The translations under genes were made by a program, and so were the position numbers. DNA of 64,000 nt from an uncultured Spirochaetaceae bacterium (lineage in GTDB: Bacteria; Spirochaetota; Spirochaetia; SZUA-6; DRHE01): contig CAZPPB010000004.1 of assembly GCA_964588355.1 (NCBI GenBank), positions 2,992 through 66,991 of the forward strand, read 5' to 3'. Within the stretch, counting starts at the first letter, position 1, and each line of letters opens with the position of its first letter. The notes beneath the pieces are model-generated. The model had not been told where the DNA came from. It saw nothing but the letters and a program-made list of their open reading frames with translations, and searched no databases. Shown here in pieces: positions 19,128-27,564 of this stretch.

Positions 19128-19703
19128 CTACCAGTTCTCTGCCAGCAGCTCGTAGTAGGCCTGAGGATGAGCGCAGGCGGGACAAGACTTGGGGGCTTCT
19201 TCCCCTTCGTAGAGGTATCCGCAGTTGATGCAGCGCCACACTACTTTCTTGTCCTTCTTGAAGACCTTTCCGTTTTCGATGTTGGCCCGCAGGTCTTTGT
19301 AGCGCTTCTCGTGCTGTTTCTCGGCCACGGAGATGGCCTCGAAGACCGCAGCCACAGCGTCGAAGCCTTCCTCCCGGGCCGTCTTGGCGAAGCCGGGATA
19401 CATCGTACCCCACTCGTAGTTCTCTCCAGCAGCTGCCGCCTTGAGATTCTCCGCCGTGCTGGCGATCGTCCCGGCGGGAAAGGCTGCGCTCACTTCGGCT
19501 TCTCCGCCCTCGAGGAACTTGAAGAAGCGTTTGGCGTGCTCTTTCTCCTGATTCGCCGTTTCCTCAAAGATCATTGAAATCTGAACGAACCCTTCCTTGC
19601 GGGCCTGACCGGCGAAGTAAGTGTACCGGTTCCGGGCCTGGGACTCGCCGGCGAAGGCCGTAGTCAGATTCTTTTCTGTTTGAGTGCCTTTGACTGATTT
19701 CAT
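19128..19703 (-). CDS. rbr: Rubrerythrin
   Basis: [32 protein letters not shown]… (ferritin-like diiron domain) plus a C-terminal rubredoxin-like segment CINCGY…CPAC. The ATG at 19703 is preceded by AAGGAGAG. The ORF-track 5' extension to 19841 is non-homologous. Confidence 0.88.
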   Translation of the reverse strand: MKSVKGTQTEKNLTTAFAGESQARNRYTYFAGQARKEGFVQISMIFEETANQEKEHAKRFFKFLEGGEAEVSAAFPAGTIASTAENLKAAAAGENYEWGTMYPGFAKTAREEGFDAVAAVFEAISVAEKQHEKRYKDLRANIENGKVFKKDKKVVWRCINCGYLYEGEEAPKSCPACAHPQAYYELLAENW

Positions 19704-19717
19704 CGTGGCTCTCCTTA

Positions 19718-20143
19718 TTAAAGTTGTTTCTTGGGCGTAACACGCCCGTTGGGTTTTATTTTTCTGTCTCCGTCGACGCAATCCGGGCAAAAGCCGAAGT
19801 ACTCCGGTCGAGCATCTTGAATCTCTCGTTCCTGAACCCATGGATGGCTCGGATCCAGTTGAGGAAAATCCACTGCGAAGGGGATATCCTCGATCTTTCC
19901 GCAGGCCATGCAGCGGAAATGGCAGTGCTTTTCCGCGATGGGATCGAAGCGCTTCTGTCCGCAGTTCGTATGGAGGCGACGAATCATTCCCTGGGATGCC
20001 ATGAGTTCTAGATTGCGGTACACCGTTCCGAGGCTGATGTGAGGAAGCCGTTCCTTTACCCGCAGGTATACCTCATCGGCACTGGGGTGATTGCTGCAGA
20101 GGCGCAGCTCCTCCAGGATCACGGTCCGCTGTTCTGTTCTTCT
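19718..20143 (-). CDS. perR: Fur-family transcriptional regulator (PerR-like, adjacent to rubrerythrin)
   Basis: …[15 protein letters not shown]…HPSADEVY… (DNA-binding helix) and C-terminal metal sites [11 protein letters not shown]…GFCPDC. The start is ambiguous: TTG 20143, GTG 20200 or TTG 20212. The segment beyond 20143 is very AT-rich and contains an inverted repeat. Confidence 0.7.
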   Translation of the reverse strand, partial: RRTEQRTVILEELRLCSNHPSADEVYLRVKERLPHISLGTVYRNLELMASQGMIRRLHTNCGQKRFDPIAEKHCHFRCMACGKIEDIPFAVDFPQLDPSHPWVQEREIQDARPEYFGFCPDCVDGDRKIKPNGRVTPKKQL

Positions 20144-20168
20144 CAAAAATAAATTGCCTGTCGTGATT

Positions 20169-20185
20169 ATAGTAACGATTACTAT
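20169..20185. promoter_or_regulatory. Candidate Fur/PerR-type operator (7-3-7 inverted repeat ATAGTAA-CGA-TTACTAT) with an embedded TATAAT hexamer
   Basis: A nearly perfect AT-rich inverted repeat lies in an otherwise GC-rich genome, directly 5' of (or within the extreme N-terminus of) the Fur-family gene. A TATAAT on the minus strand overlaps it. Confidence 0.35.
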
Positions 20186-20286
20186 TATTAACGACTTCAC
20201 CTGGTTTGTCAAGCCTGGAGCGGACTTTTCGTGGAAAATGCTTGTCCTGATGCCGTGTTTTCACTACCTTTTTGGCGGAGGTATTT

Positions 20287-20823
20287 ATGAGAAAACCACT
20301 AATGTTTGTTCTCGCCGGCTTGATCCTAATTGCCGCCTCAGCCTATGCCACAACCGTTACCGCTGAGGAGTTTCGCCGGATGGGCCTTCAGCCTCCCAAA
20401 CAGAAAGTCGAGAGCATCGATTTCGAGCTTCAGGATCTGTCCGGTACAACCCGGCGTTTGAGCGACTTCAAAGGTAAGGTGGTATTCCTCAACTTCTGGG
20501 CTACCTGGTGCGGTCCCTGCCGCTTCGAAATGCCCTCCATGGAAAAGCTGTATCAACGCTTCAAAGCCAAGGGTCTGGTGGTCGTGGCCGTCAATCTCCA
20601 GGAGGACCGGGATTCTGCAAAACGTTTTGTGGAGGAGCACGAGTTGAGCTTTCCCGTGCTTCTGGACACCACGGGCCGCATCGGCGCCACCTACGGAGCC
20701 CGCAGTATCCCCACAACCTACCTCGTGGATCGCGCCGGTTTTGTCCTTGCCGGAACTATCGGAACCAGAGAGTGGGATACGGAGGACTACATTAGCCTAT
20801 TCGAAAAGCTTCTGGCCGAGTGA
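20287..20823 (+). CDS. TlpA/ResA-like thiol-disulfide oxidoreductase (thioredoxin fold) with N-terminal signal peptide
   Basis: Signal-like N-terminus MRKPLMFVLAGLILIAASAYA and the WCGPC active site. GGAGG lies 6 nt upstream of the ATG at 20287. It is divergent from the perR-rbr unit. Confidence 0.75.
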   Translation: MRKPLMFVLAGLILIAASAYATTVTAEEFRRMGLQPPKQKVESIDFELQDLSGTTRRLSDFKGKVVFLNFWATWCGPCRFEMPSMEKLYQRFKAKGLVVVAVNLQEDRDSAKRFVEEHELSFPVLLDTTGRIGATYGARSIPTTYLVDRAGFVLAGTIGTREWDTEDYISLFEKLLAE

Positions 20824-20873
20824 GCCGATGGCGGACCCCTGCCGACTGGGCGTTCCTGGGCGAACCTCCCGTT

Positions 20874-21989
20874 CTAAAACTCGAGAATCTTCACACAGAC
20901 CGGAGTCGGGGCGTCGGTGACCTGCCCGCTGAAGGTCAGTCGGCCGCTCCGGTGATCGATCCGGAAGCAAACAATAGTGTCGTCGTCCTGATTCGCCGCG
21001 AACAGAAACGTTCCACTCGGATCGATCGTGAAGTTGCGCGGTGTCTTCCCGCGGGTAGACTCATGGCCGATCAGGGCCAGCCCACCGGTCGAACCTTCTA
21101 TCCGGAAGATAGCGATGCTGTCGTGGCCTCGATTGGATGCGTAGAGAAACTGCCCCGTCGGATCGACCATGATATCCGCACAGCTACTGTTTCCCTGAAA
21201 AGCTTCCGGCAGCGTGGGCACGGTCTGGATTTCCTCCACAGTTCCCTTCTGTTCATCCCAACGCAGACTCACGATTGTCGAATCCAGCTCATTGATCAGG
21301 TAGGCAAAGCTTCCGCCTGGGTGGAACACGAAGTGCCGTGGTCCGGCTCCGGGTTTGGTTTCCAGCCAACCCTGCTCGTGGGTTTCCAGCTTGCCACGCT
21401 CGGGATCGAAGCGGTAGATCATCAGCTTGTCCAGGCCCAGGTCTGGAACGTAGGCGAAGCGGTTGGAGGCATCCAGGGTGACCGAGTGAGCATGGGGTCC
21501 GCTCTGGCGTACAGGATCGAGGCTCGAGCCTCGATCCTGGATGACCTCGGAGGCTTCCTCCAACCCGCCGTCTTTTCGAATCGGCAGCACCGCGATGCTC
21601 CCGCTGGCGAAGTTGGCCACCAGGGCGAATCTGCCGCCTCTGTCCACTGTGACATGACAGGGATCGGTGCCGTGGGTCGCCACCATGTTTATGAAATCCG
21701 GATGTCCGTCCTGCGGATCCAAAGTGAAGGCGCTTACCGTACCCGTGTCCTCTCCTTTATAGCTCTTGAGCTCGTTCACGGCGTAGAGAAAGCGGCGGTG
21801 GTGGTGAAAGGCCAGATACGACGGATTCTTGATCTCCCCGGCCGTGTAGCGCGGGGTGAGTGATCCGGTGGCAGGATCCATCGTGTAGATGTGGATCCCC
21901 TTACCCTGTCCTTCGAAGATTTCTCCCGTGCCGAAGAGGATCTTCTCCGTATAGGTTCCGACGTAGACCAGAAGTTCTCCATTCTCCAT
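20874..21989 (-). CDS. 7-bladed beta-propeller lactonase (6-phosphogluconolactonase/3-carboxymuconate cyclase family)
   Basis: Repeated propeller blades and family-typical sequence (…LYVGTY…IHIY…PSYLAFH…RFLYAVNEL…VYRFD…). The plus ORF 20820..21863 is a shadow. Confidence 0.65.
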   Translation of the reverse strand: MENGELLVYVGTYTEKILFGTGEIFEGQGKGIHIYTMDPATGSLTPRYTAGEIKNPSYLAFHHHRRFLYAVNELKSYKGEDTGTVSAFTLDPQDGHPDFINMVATHGTDPCHVTVDRGGRFALVANFASGSIAVLPIRKDGGLEEASEVIQDRGSSLDPVRQSGPHAHSVTLDASNRFAYVPDLGLDKLMIYRFDPERGKLETHEQGWLETKPGAGPRHFVFHPGGSFAYLINELDSTIVSLRWDEQKGTVEEIQTVPTLPEAFQGNSSCADIMVDPTGQFLYASNRGHDSIAIFRIEGSTGGLALIGHESTRGKTPRNFTIDPSGTFLFAANQDDDTIVCFRIDHRSGRLTFSGQVTDAPTPVCVKILEF

Positions 21990-22065
21990 ATCAAAAGCTC
22001 CTATTCAAGTGTGTTGACGATCCCTCGCCGAGCAAAGCGGGTCGCAAGCCGGGCAACGATCGGTG

Positions 22066-22584
22066 TCAGAACTCGATGCCCTTACGTGCCTGCACCCCGG
22101 CACTGTAGTAGTGTTTGATCTCCCGCATCTCGGTAACAAGGTCGGCCTGTTCGTAGAGCGCTTCCGGGATCTTCCGCCCGGTCAACACCAGCTCCACGCC
22201 GTCCGGTCTGGTGCGCAGCAGTTCCTCCACCTCCTCCAGAGAGATCAGCCGGTAGTGAATGGCGATGCCGATCTCATCGAGGATCAGCAGGTCGAATTTC
22301 CCGCTTTTCAGGACATCCTGGATCTCCTGCCACCCTTCCCGGGCCAGGCGTACGTCCTCCTCCGTGGGTTCGTCGCGGATGAAGCACTTGCGTCCGTATT
22401 GCCGGAGGGTGATCTGGGGTGCGAAGCGCTCGAGGGCTTCCAGTTCGCCGTAGAACATCCCTTTGACGAACTGAGCGATGAACACCTTCAGGCCCCGTCC
22501 CGCGGCCCTCAAGGACAAACCCAGGGCGGCGGTGGTCTTGCCCTTGCCGTTCCCCGTGTAGATCTGTACGAGTCCCTGTTTCAT
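22066..22584 (-). CDS. cobO: Cob(I)yrinic acid a,c-diamide adenosyltransferase (CobO/BtuR family)
   Basis: MKQGLVQIYTGNGKGKTTAALG… P-loop, and the characteristic ~170-aa CobA/BtuR sequence. Confidence 0.8.
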   Translation of the reverse strand: MKQGLVQIYTGNGKGKTTAALGLSLRAAGRGLKVFIAQFVKGMFYGELEALERFAPQITLRQYGRKCFIRDEPTEEDVRLAREGWQEIQDVLKSGKFDLLILDEIGIAIHYRLISLEEVEELLRTRPDGVELVLTGRKIPEALYEQADLVTEMREIKHYYSAGVQARKGIEF

Positions 22585-22665
22585 ATCCTTTGCGATTGTA
22601 GTCTGCCGGCGCTGATGCGTCTATTCCCCGAGGGAAAGTCCTTGAATCGATCCAGAAAGGCGGCG

Positions 22666-23523
22666 TTAGCACCGTCCCGATAGATCGTTTCCCGTGCGAC
22701 GCTGCTCCAGTCCGACCGGATACTCCAGGCGGAAGAAGGTGTGCCGATCGATGATCAGGATCAGGATCGCCGCGCAAAAGTACAGCACTGCCCCGATTGA
22801 TTTCGACAGCTGGCTGATGTAGAAGGCCTCGCCGATGAAGTTGATCATGAAGTGAAAGAACACGGCGGAGAGCACACTCCTGTTCGTGTGGAAGTAGATC
22901 CAGTTCATGATCACCGCCTGGGGGATCATGCTGGTGATGTAGAAGAACAGAGGGACGGGCTGGGAGAGAAGAGCCTGCTGATACGAGCTCGGAATGAAGA
23001 ACAGGGGTAGGTGCCACAGCGGCCAGATCACGCCGAAGAGGATGCTGGTCCAGAAGCCGTTCATGCGGCTGCGCAGGCTGTCGATGCCGTAGCCCCGCCA
23101 GCCCATCTCTTCGGGAAGGGGACCGTAGAGCAGGTGCAGGAGCACAAAGCCGAGTGGAGCGGCCAGCAGCCTGCCGTTCGGCTGCAGCTGGTCGAGAGTA
23201 TCCCCGAAGGCCAGTGAGAGGAGCACAGACAGGCCCATGAGCAGGGGAACGAACAGGAGCGTGATCGCCCACCAGAGACCGGGAATCAGGCTGGGATCAA
23301 TAGCTCTGCGCCAGAAGTCCCGGACCAGCTCGCGGTTTCTGGCTGTGTAGATCATGATCAGAGCTGCCGGTACGGCGCTGATTCCGGCTACGGCCATAAA
23401 GATAATGTTGAACTGGAACCATTTTCTGTTGATCCCGGCTACAGCCAGCCAGAGAGGGATCCAGGTGAGCAGGAAATCTATAAGAAAGAATCTGAAGGGT
23501 TTGTAGCGTGGTTTTGTACTCAT
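22666..23523 (-). CDS. CPBP family intramembrane metalloprotease (CAAX protease-like)
   Basis: CPBP motifs PEEMGWRG (EExxxR) and FFHFMINF (FxxxH) in a multi-TM hydrophobic protein. The ATG at 23523 has AAGGAA upstream and overlaps the stop of the upstream small lipoprotein gene (ATGA). Confidence 0.7.
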   Translation of the reverse strand: MSTKPRYKPFRFFLIDFLLTWIPLWLAVAGINRKWFQFNIIFMAVAGISAVPAALIMIYTARNRELVRDFWRRAIDPSLIPGLWWAITLLFVPLLMGLSVLLSLAFGDTLDQLQPNGRLLAAPLGFVLLHLLYGPLPEEMGWRGYGIDSLRSRMNGFWTSILFGVIWPLWHLPLFFIPSSYQQALLSQPVPLFFYITSMIPQAVIMNWIYFHTNRSVLSAVFFHFMINFIGEAFYISQLSKSIGAVLYFCAAILILIIDRHTFFRLEYPVGLEQRRTGNDLSGRC

Positions 23524-23714
23524 TTTTCGGATTCCTTTCCCGGCACCATGCACACCGCTGCTACGTGAAGGGTCTTGGTCGCCCCGGAGTCGTCGTACAC
23601 CAGGGGCGCACCGGAGATATCGTATAGGGACTGGATAATGGTGTCTTTGTTCCCGCAGGACACAAGCAGCGGGAAAAACAGTACGAAAACAAGGGTTCTT
23701 TTCACCGACGGCAT
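23520..23714 (-). CDS. Small putative lipoprotein (64 aa)
   Basis: MPSVKRTLVFVLFFPLLVSCGNKD… is a signal peptide with a lipobox-like LVSC. It is translationally coupled to the CPBP gene. Confidence 0.4.
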   Translation of the reverse strand: MPSVKRTLVFVLFFPLLVSCGNKDTIIQSLYDISGAPLVYDDSGATKTLHVAAVCMVPGKESEK

Positions 23715-23832
23715 CTTAGTGAAACCGGATCGCTGAATCAAGCGCCCGCCGGCAGGTCCGATCATAAATTATCGATGTAAAGCTCAATAATTACGAATTT
23801 ATTTTGTTATATTATAAATATTTCTCGTAATA

Positions 23833-23861
23833 TTGACAGAAACCACAATTATTCTTAAAAT
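23833..23861 (+). promoter_or_regulatory. Putative sigma70-type promoter of the lrp-gcv unit (-35 TTGACA 23833-23838, 17-nt spacer, -10 TAAAAT 23856-23861). Predicts a leaderless or near-leaderless lrp mRNA.
   Basis: A consensus -35 and a good -10 at optimal spacing in an AT-rich divergent intergenic region. The -10 ends only 8 nt before the lrp ATG at 23870. Confidence 0.35.
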
Positions 23862-23869
23862 GATGATCA

Positions 23870-24313
23870 ATGAAGATCGACCAGACCAACATCGGCATCA
23901 TCAGGCATCTGCGGGACGGCCGGAAGTCCTACAAGGAGATCGCCGACGACCTCTCGATCACGGAGAACACGGTGCGCTCCCGGGTTCAGCAGATGACCCG
24001 GGAGGGGGTGCTTTCCATCACGGGCCTGATCGATGCGCAGAAGGTTCCCGGGCACCGCATGGTGCTGGTGGGGATCAAGCTGGACACGATGAACCTGGTC
24101 AAGAAGGGGGAGGAGTTCAGCCGACTCAAAGGGGTCGTGTCGGTGGCCGTGGTCACCGGCCGCTACGACCTGATCCTCACGGTACTTCTGCGGGAGGACT
24201 TCGGATTGCTGGAGTTTTACACCCAGGAGGTGGACAAGATCGAGGAGGTCAGCTCTGCCGAGACCTTCGTCGTATACAAAGGGTACAATCTGGATGTACC
24301 CTATATCTTGTAG
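23870..24313 (+). CDS. Lrp/AsnC family transcriptional regulator
   Basis: MKIDQTNIGIIRHLRDGRKSYKEIADDLSITENTVRSRVQQM… (HTH_AsnC) plus a RAM/ligand-binding domain. 147 aa. Confidence 0.8.
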   Translation: MKIDQTNIGIIRHLRDGRKSYKEIADDLSITENTVRSRVQQMTREGVLSITGLIDAQKVPGHRMVLVGIKLDTMNLVKKGEEFSRLKGVVSVAVVTGRYDLILTVLLREDFGLLEFYTQEVDKIEEVSSAETFVVYKGYNLDVPYIL

Positions 24314-24342
24314 TTCAGGATCCCAAAGCACAGGAGGAATTC

Positions 24343-24735
24343 ATGGAGATACCCAAAGGTCTAAAATACGCCAAGACCCACGAATGGGTGCGGGTTGAGG
24401 GGGATGTGGCCTACATCGGCATCAGCGACTATGCGCAGGAGGAGCTGGGGGATATCGTGTACGTGGAAATACCCTCTGTCGGTGACAGCTACCAAAAGGG
24501 TGAAGAGGCGGCAACCGTCGAATCGGTCAAGGCGGCTTCAGCCATCTATACCCCCGTCGCCGGCACCGTAAAAGAGATCAATGCGGAACTCGAGGACACC
24601 CCCGAGTTGATCAATCAGAAGCCCTATCAGGCCTTCATCTTCGCCGTCCACTTCTCCGATGCCTCCGGGTTGGATGAGCTTTTGGATGCTGAGAGCTACC
24701 AGAAGCACGTGGAGCAGGAGAAGGCCAGTCACTAG
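24343..24735 (+). CDS. gcvH: Glycine cleavage system protein H (lipoyl carrier)
   Basis: MEIPKGLKYAKTHEWVRVEGDVAYIGISDYAQEELGDIVYVEIP… with the lipoyl-lysine context. AGGAGG 5 nt upstream. The ORF-track extension back to 23833 is an artefact. Confidence 0.9.
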   Translation: MEIPKGLKYAKTHEWVRVEGDVAYIGISDYAQEELGDIVYVEIPSVGDSYQKGEEAATVESVKAASAIYTPVAGTVKEINAELEDTPELINQKPYQAFIFAVHFSDASGLDELLDAESYQKHVEQEKASH

Positions 24736-24748
24736 AGGACCAAATTCT

Positions 24749-26095
24749 ATGATCGCTTATCTTCCCCATACCGAAGAGGACATCAAAACGATGCTCGAGG
24801 CGGCCGGCATCACCGACATCGAGCAGCTGTTCGCCGATGTGCCCCGTGACCTGGTTCTGCGCAAACCCCTTGGGATCCCGGAGGGAGTCTCCGAGTTCGA
24901 GGTGTACAGGCGGATGAAAGCCCTGGCGGCAGGAAACCGGGTGGAGCCTGTCAGCTTTCTCGGCTGCGGCAGCTACCAGCACATCATCCCAGCAGCTGTA
25001 GGGCATGCTCTCTCCCGCTCGGAGTTCTACACTTCCTACACGCCGTACCAGGCTGAGATGTCTCAGGGAATCCTTCAGGCCATCTTCGAGTTCCAGACCA
25101 TGATCTGCGAGCTGACCGGACTGGAGGTGTCCAATGCCTCCCTGTACGACGGACACACAGCCGTCAGCGAGGCGGCCGTCCTGGCCCTGAACAGCGTGCG
25201 CCGCTCGGACACCATCCTCTATTCGAGTACCCTTCACCCGTTCACCCGACAGGTGCTCAAGACCCATTTCGCCAACCTGCCGGTCAAACTCGAGGAGGTC
25301 CCCGCGGACAGAGGCACAACCGACCTGGAGGAGCTGGTTGAAAGGCTTCGGCCCGGAGTAGCGGGTGTGGTTCTTCAGAGCCCCAACACCCTCGGCTACA
25401 TCGAAGATCTGAGCGGCCTTGCCGACAAGGTACACGAAAACGGTTCCCTGCTGATCATCTCTGCCAATCCTCTTTCCCTGGGTCTGCTCAAACCGCCGGG
25501 GGAATGGGGTGCAGACATAGCGGTCGGGGATACTCAGCCCCTTGGGCTGCCGTCCTACTTCGGAGGACCCTCGGTGGGCTACATCGCGGCCACCGAAAAG
25601 CTGTTGCGCAAGATGCCCGGACGCATCGCCGGCCAGTCCCTGGACCAGGAGGGCGCTCGCGCCTTTCTGCTCACACTGCAGGCCCGGGAGCAGCACATCA
25701 AACGAGAGCGAGCCACTTCGAATATTTGCTCCAACCAGGCACTGGCCGCGCTGGCCACGACGGTGTATCTGGCCTCCCTGGGCAGACGGGGCATCCGGGA
25801 GGTTGCTGAACAGAATCTGCACAAGGCTCACTACCTCCACGGGCGACTGCTCGAACAGACGCCGGTAGAAGCACTGTACGACCAGCAGTTTTTCAACGAG
25901 TTCCCCGTGGTACTTCCCAGACCGGCCGCCGAGGTATTGCCCCGCATGGAGGAAGCGGGATTCTACGCCGGCGTGGAACTTCATCGCCTCGACCCGACGC
26001 TCCCGGAGGGGGCGCTGCTGATCGCTGTTACCGAACGGCGAACACGGGAGGAGATGGATGCATACGTGGAGGCAATGAAGGGGGCAATCCAATGA
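24749..26095 (+). CDS. gcvPA: Glycine dehydrogenase (decarboxylating) subunit 1
   Basis: [21 protein letters not shown]…[15 protein letters not shown]…[11 protein letters not shown]… is typical of GcvPA. About 448 aa. Confidence 0.9.
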   Translation: MIAYLPHTEEDIKTMLEAAGITDIEQLFADVPRDLVLRKPLGIPEGVSEFEVYRRMKALAAGNRVEPVSFLGCGSYQHIIPAAVGHALSRSEFYTSYTPYQAEMSQGILQAIFEFQTMICELTGLEVSNASLYDGHTAVSEAAVLALNSVRRSDTILYSSTLHPFTRQVLKTHFANLPVKLEEVPADRGTTDLEELVERLRPGVAGVVLQSPNTLGYIEDLSGLADKVHENGSLLIISANPLSLGLLKPPGEWGADIAVGDTQPLGLPSYFGGPSVGYIAATEKLLRKMPGRIAGQSLDQEGARAFLLTLQAREQHIKRERATSNICSNQALAALATTVYLASLGRRGIREVAEQNLHKAHYLHGRLLEQTPVEALYDQQFFNEFPVVLPRPAAEVLPRMEEAGFYAGVELHRLDPTLPEGALLIAVTERRTREEMDAYVEAMKGAIQ

Positions 26096-27564
26096 GCGGA
26101 AAAGACAATCCTCTGATCTTCGAACTGAGCAAAACCGGGCGCCGCGGGTATCGGTTGCCCGATCTTGATGTCCCCGCCGGGCAGCCGGCTTCCCTGGTGG
26201 ATCCCCGGCTGCTGCGGCAACGGGCGCCGAATCTGCCGGAGGTGAGCGAAGTAGAGGTGATCCGGCACTACACCGCTCTGAGCCGCCGCAACTACGGCGT
26301 GGACCTGGGCTTCTATCCCCTGGGCTCCTGTACCATGAAGTACAACCCCAAGATCAACGAGGAGGTGGCGGCCTTCGAAGGATTTCAGCAGCTTCATCCT
26401 CTCCAGCCTGAAAGCGGCGCTCAGGGAACCATGGCGCTGATGCACGAGCTGCTTCGGCTCTTGAGTGAGGTCACCGGGATGTCCTGGGGCACGCTGCAGC
26501 CCTTTGCCGGAGCCCACGGAGAGTTCACGGGCATGAAGCTGTTCAAGGCCTGTTTCGAAAAGCGGGGTGAGACGGGCCGGACCAAGGTACTGGTTCCGGA
26601 TTCCGCCCACGGAACCAATCCCGCCTCGGCCCACCTGGCGGGATTCGAGGTGGTGGAGATCCACTCCGACAGCAGGGGCCTGGTTTCCGTGGAGAGTTTG
26701 AAGGAGCACCTGGATGAATCCCTGGCCGGCATCATGATGACGAATCCCAACACCCTCGGATTGTTCGAGGAGGATATCCTGGAGATCTCCAGGGCGATCC
26801 ATGACGTTGGGGGACTTCTGTACTACGACGGAGCCAATCTGAACGCAATCGTTGGCAAGGTTCGTCCGGGGGATATGGGCTTCGATGTGGTGCACCTCAA
26901 CCTGCACAAGACCTTCTCCACACCCCACGGAGGGGGAGGTCCGGGTGCGGGACCGGTACTGGTCTGCGAAACGCTTCTGCCTTTCCTGCCCGTGCCGGAT
27001 ATCGTGAAGAAAGACGACGGCTATCATTTTGAGGAGAACAGGCCGGATTCGATCGGCCGCCTGTCCGGATTCTACGGAAACGTGGCGGTGATGGTGAGAG
27101 CCTACGCCTACCTGCTCACCATGGGCCGGGATGGACTGGCCAGGGTAGGTGAGCTGTCCGTGTTGAACGCCAACTACCTGAAGGAGCGCCTCAAGGCGAG
27201 CTATGATCTTCCCTACGACAGGCTCTGCAAGCACGAGTTCGTGCTTTCCGCCCGGGGGCTAAAGGACAGGCTTGGAGTCACGGCTCTGGATGTGGCCAAG
27301 CGGCTGCTGGACTTCGGGATCCATCCGCCCACCGTATACTTTCCCCTGATCGTACAGGAGGCGCTGATGATCGAGCCCACGGAGACCGAGAGCCTCGAGG
27401 TATTGGATCGATTCGTCGAGGCCATGGAAACGATCGTTCGAGAAGCCGGGGAAAGCCCGCAGACCCTCAAGCAGGCCCCCAGCCGCACTCCGGTGCGCCG
27501 GATCGATGAGGTGCTGGCGGCCCGCAGACCGATCGTGCGCTGGCAACCGGGGCAGCAGTCATGA
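26092..27564 (+). CDS. gcvPB: Glycine dehydrogenase (decarboxylating) subunit 2 (PLP-binding)
   Basis: …[21 protein letters not shown]… PLP-lysine block. It has an ATGA overlap with gcvPA and a 4-nt overlap with the following gcvT. Confidence 0.9.
   Translation: MSGKDNPLIFELSKTGRRGYRLPDLDVPAGQPASLVDPRLLRQRAPNLPEVSEVEVIRHYTALSRRNYGVDLGFYPLGSCTMKYNPKINEEVAAFEGFQQLHPLQPESGAQGTMALMHELLRLLSEVTGMSWGTLQPFAGAHGEFTGMKLFKACFEKRGETGRTKVLVPDSAHGTNPASAHLAGFEVVEIHSDSRGLVSVESLKEHLDESLAGIMMTNPNTLGLFEEDILEISRAIHDVGGLLYYDGANLNAIVGKVRPGDMGFDVVHLNLHKTFSTPHGGGGPGAGPVLVCETLLPFLPVPDIVKKDDGYHFEENRPDSIGRLSGFYGNVAVMVRAYAYLLTMGRDGLARVGELSVLNANYLKERLKASYDLPYDRLCKHEFVLSARGLKDRLGVTALDVAKRLLDFGIHPPTVYFPLIVQEALMIEPTETESLEVLDRFVEAMETIVREAGESPQTLKQAPSRTPVRRIDEVLAARRPIVRWQPGQQS

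Noticed and set aside
23833-24342. N-terminal 170 aa of the listed 300-aa ORF 23833..24735
   Set aside because: Only the last 130 aa (from ATG 24343, with an AGGAGG SD) are GcvH. The upstream part overlaps lrp in another frame.
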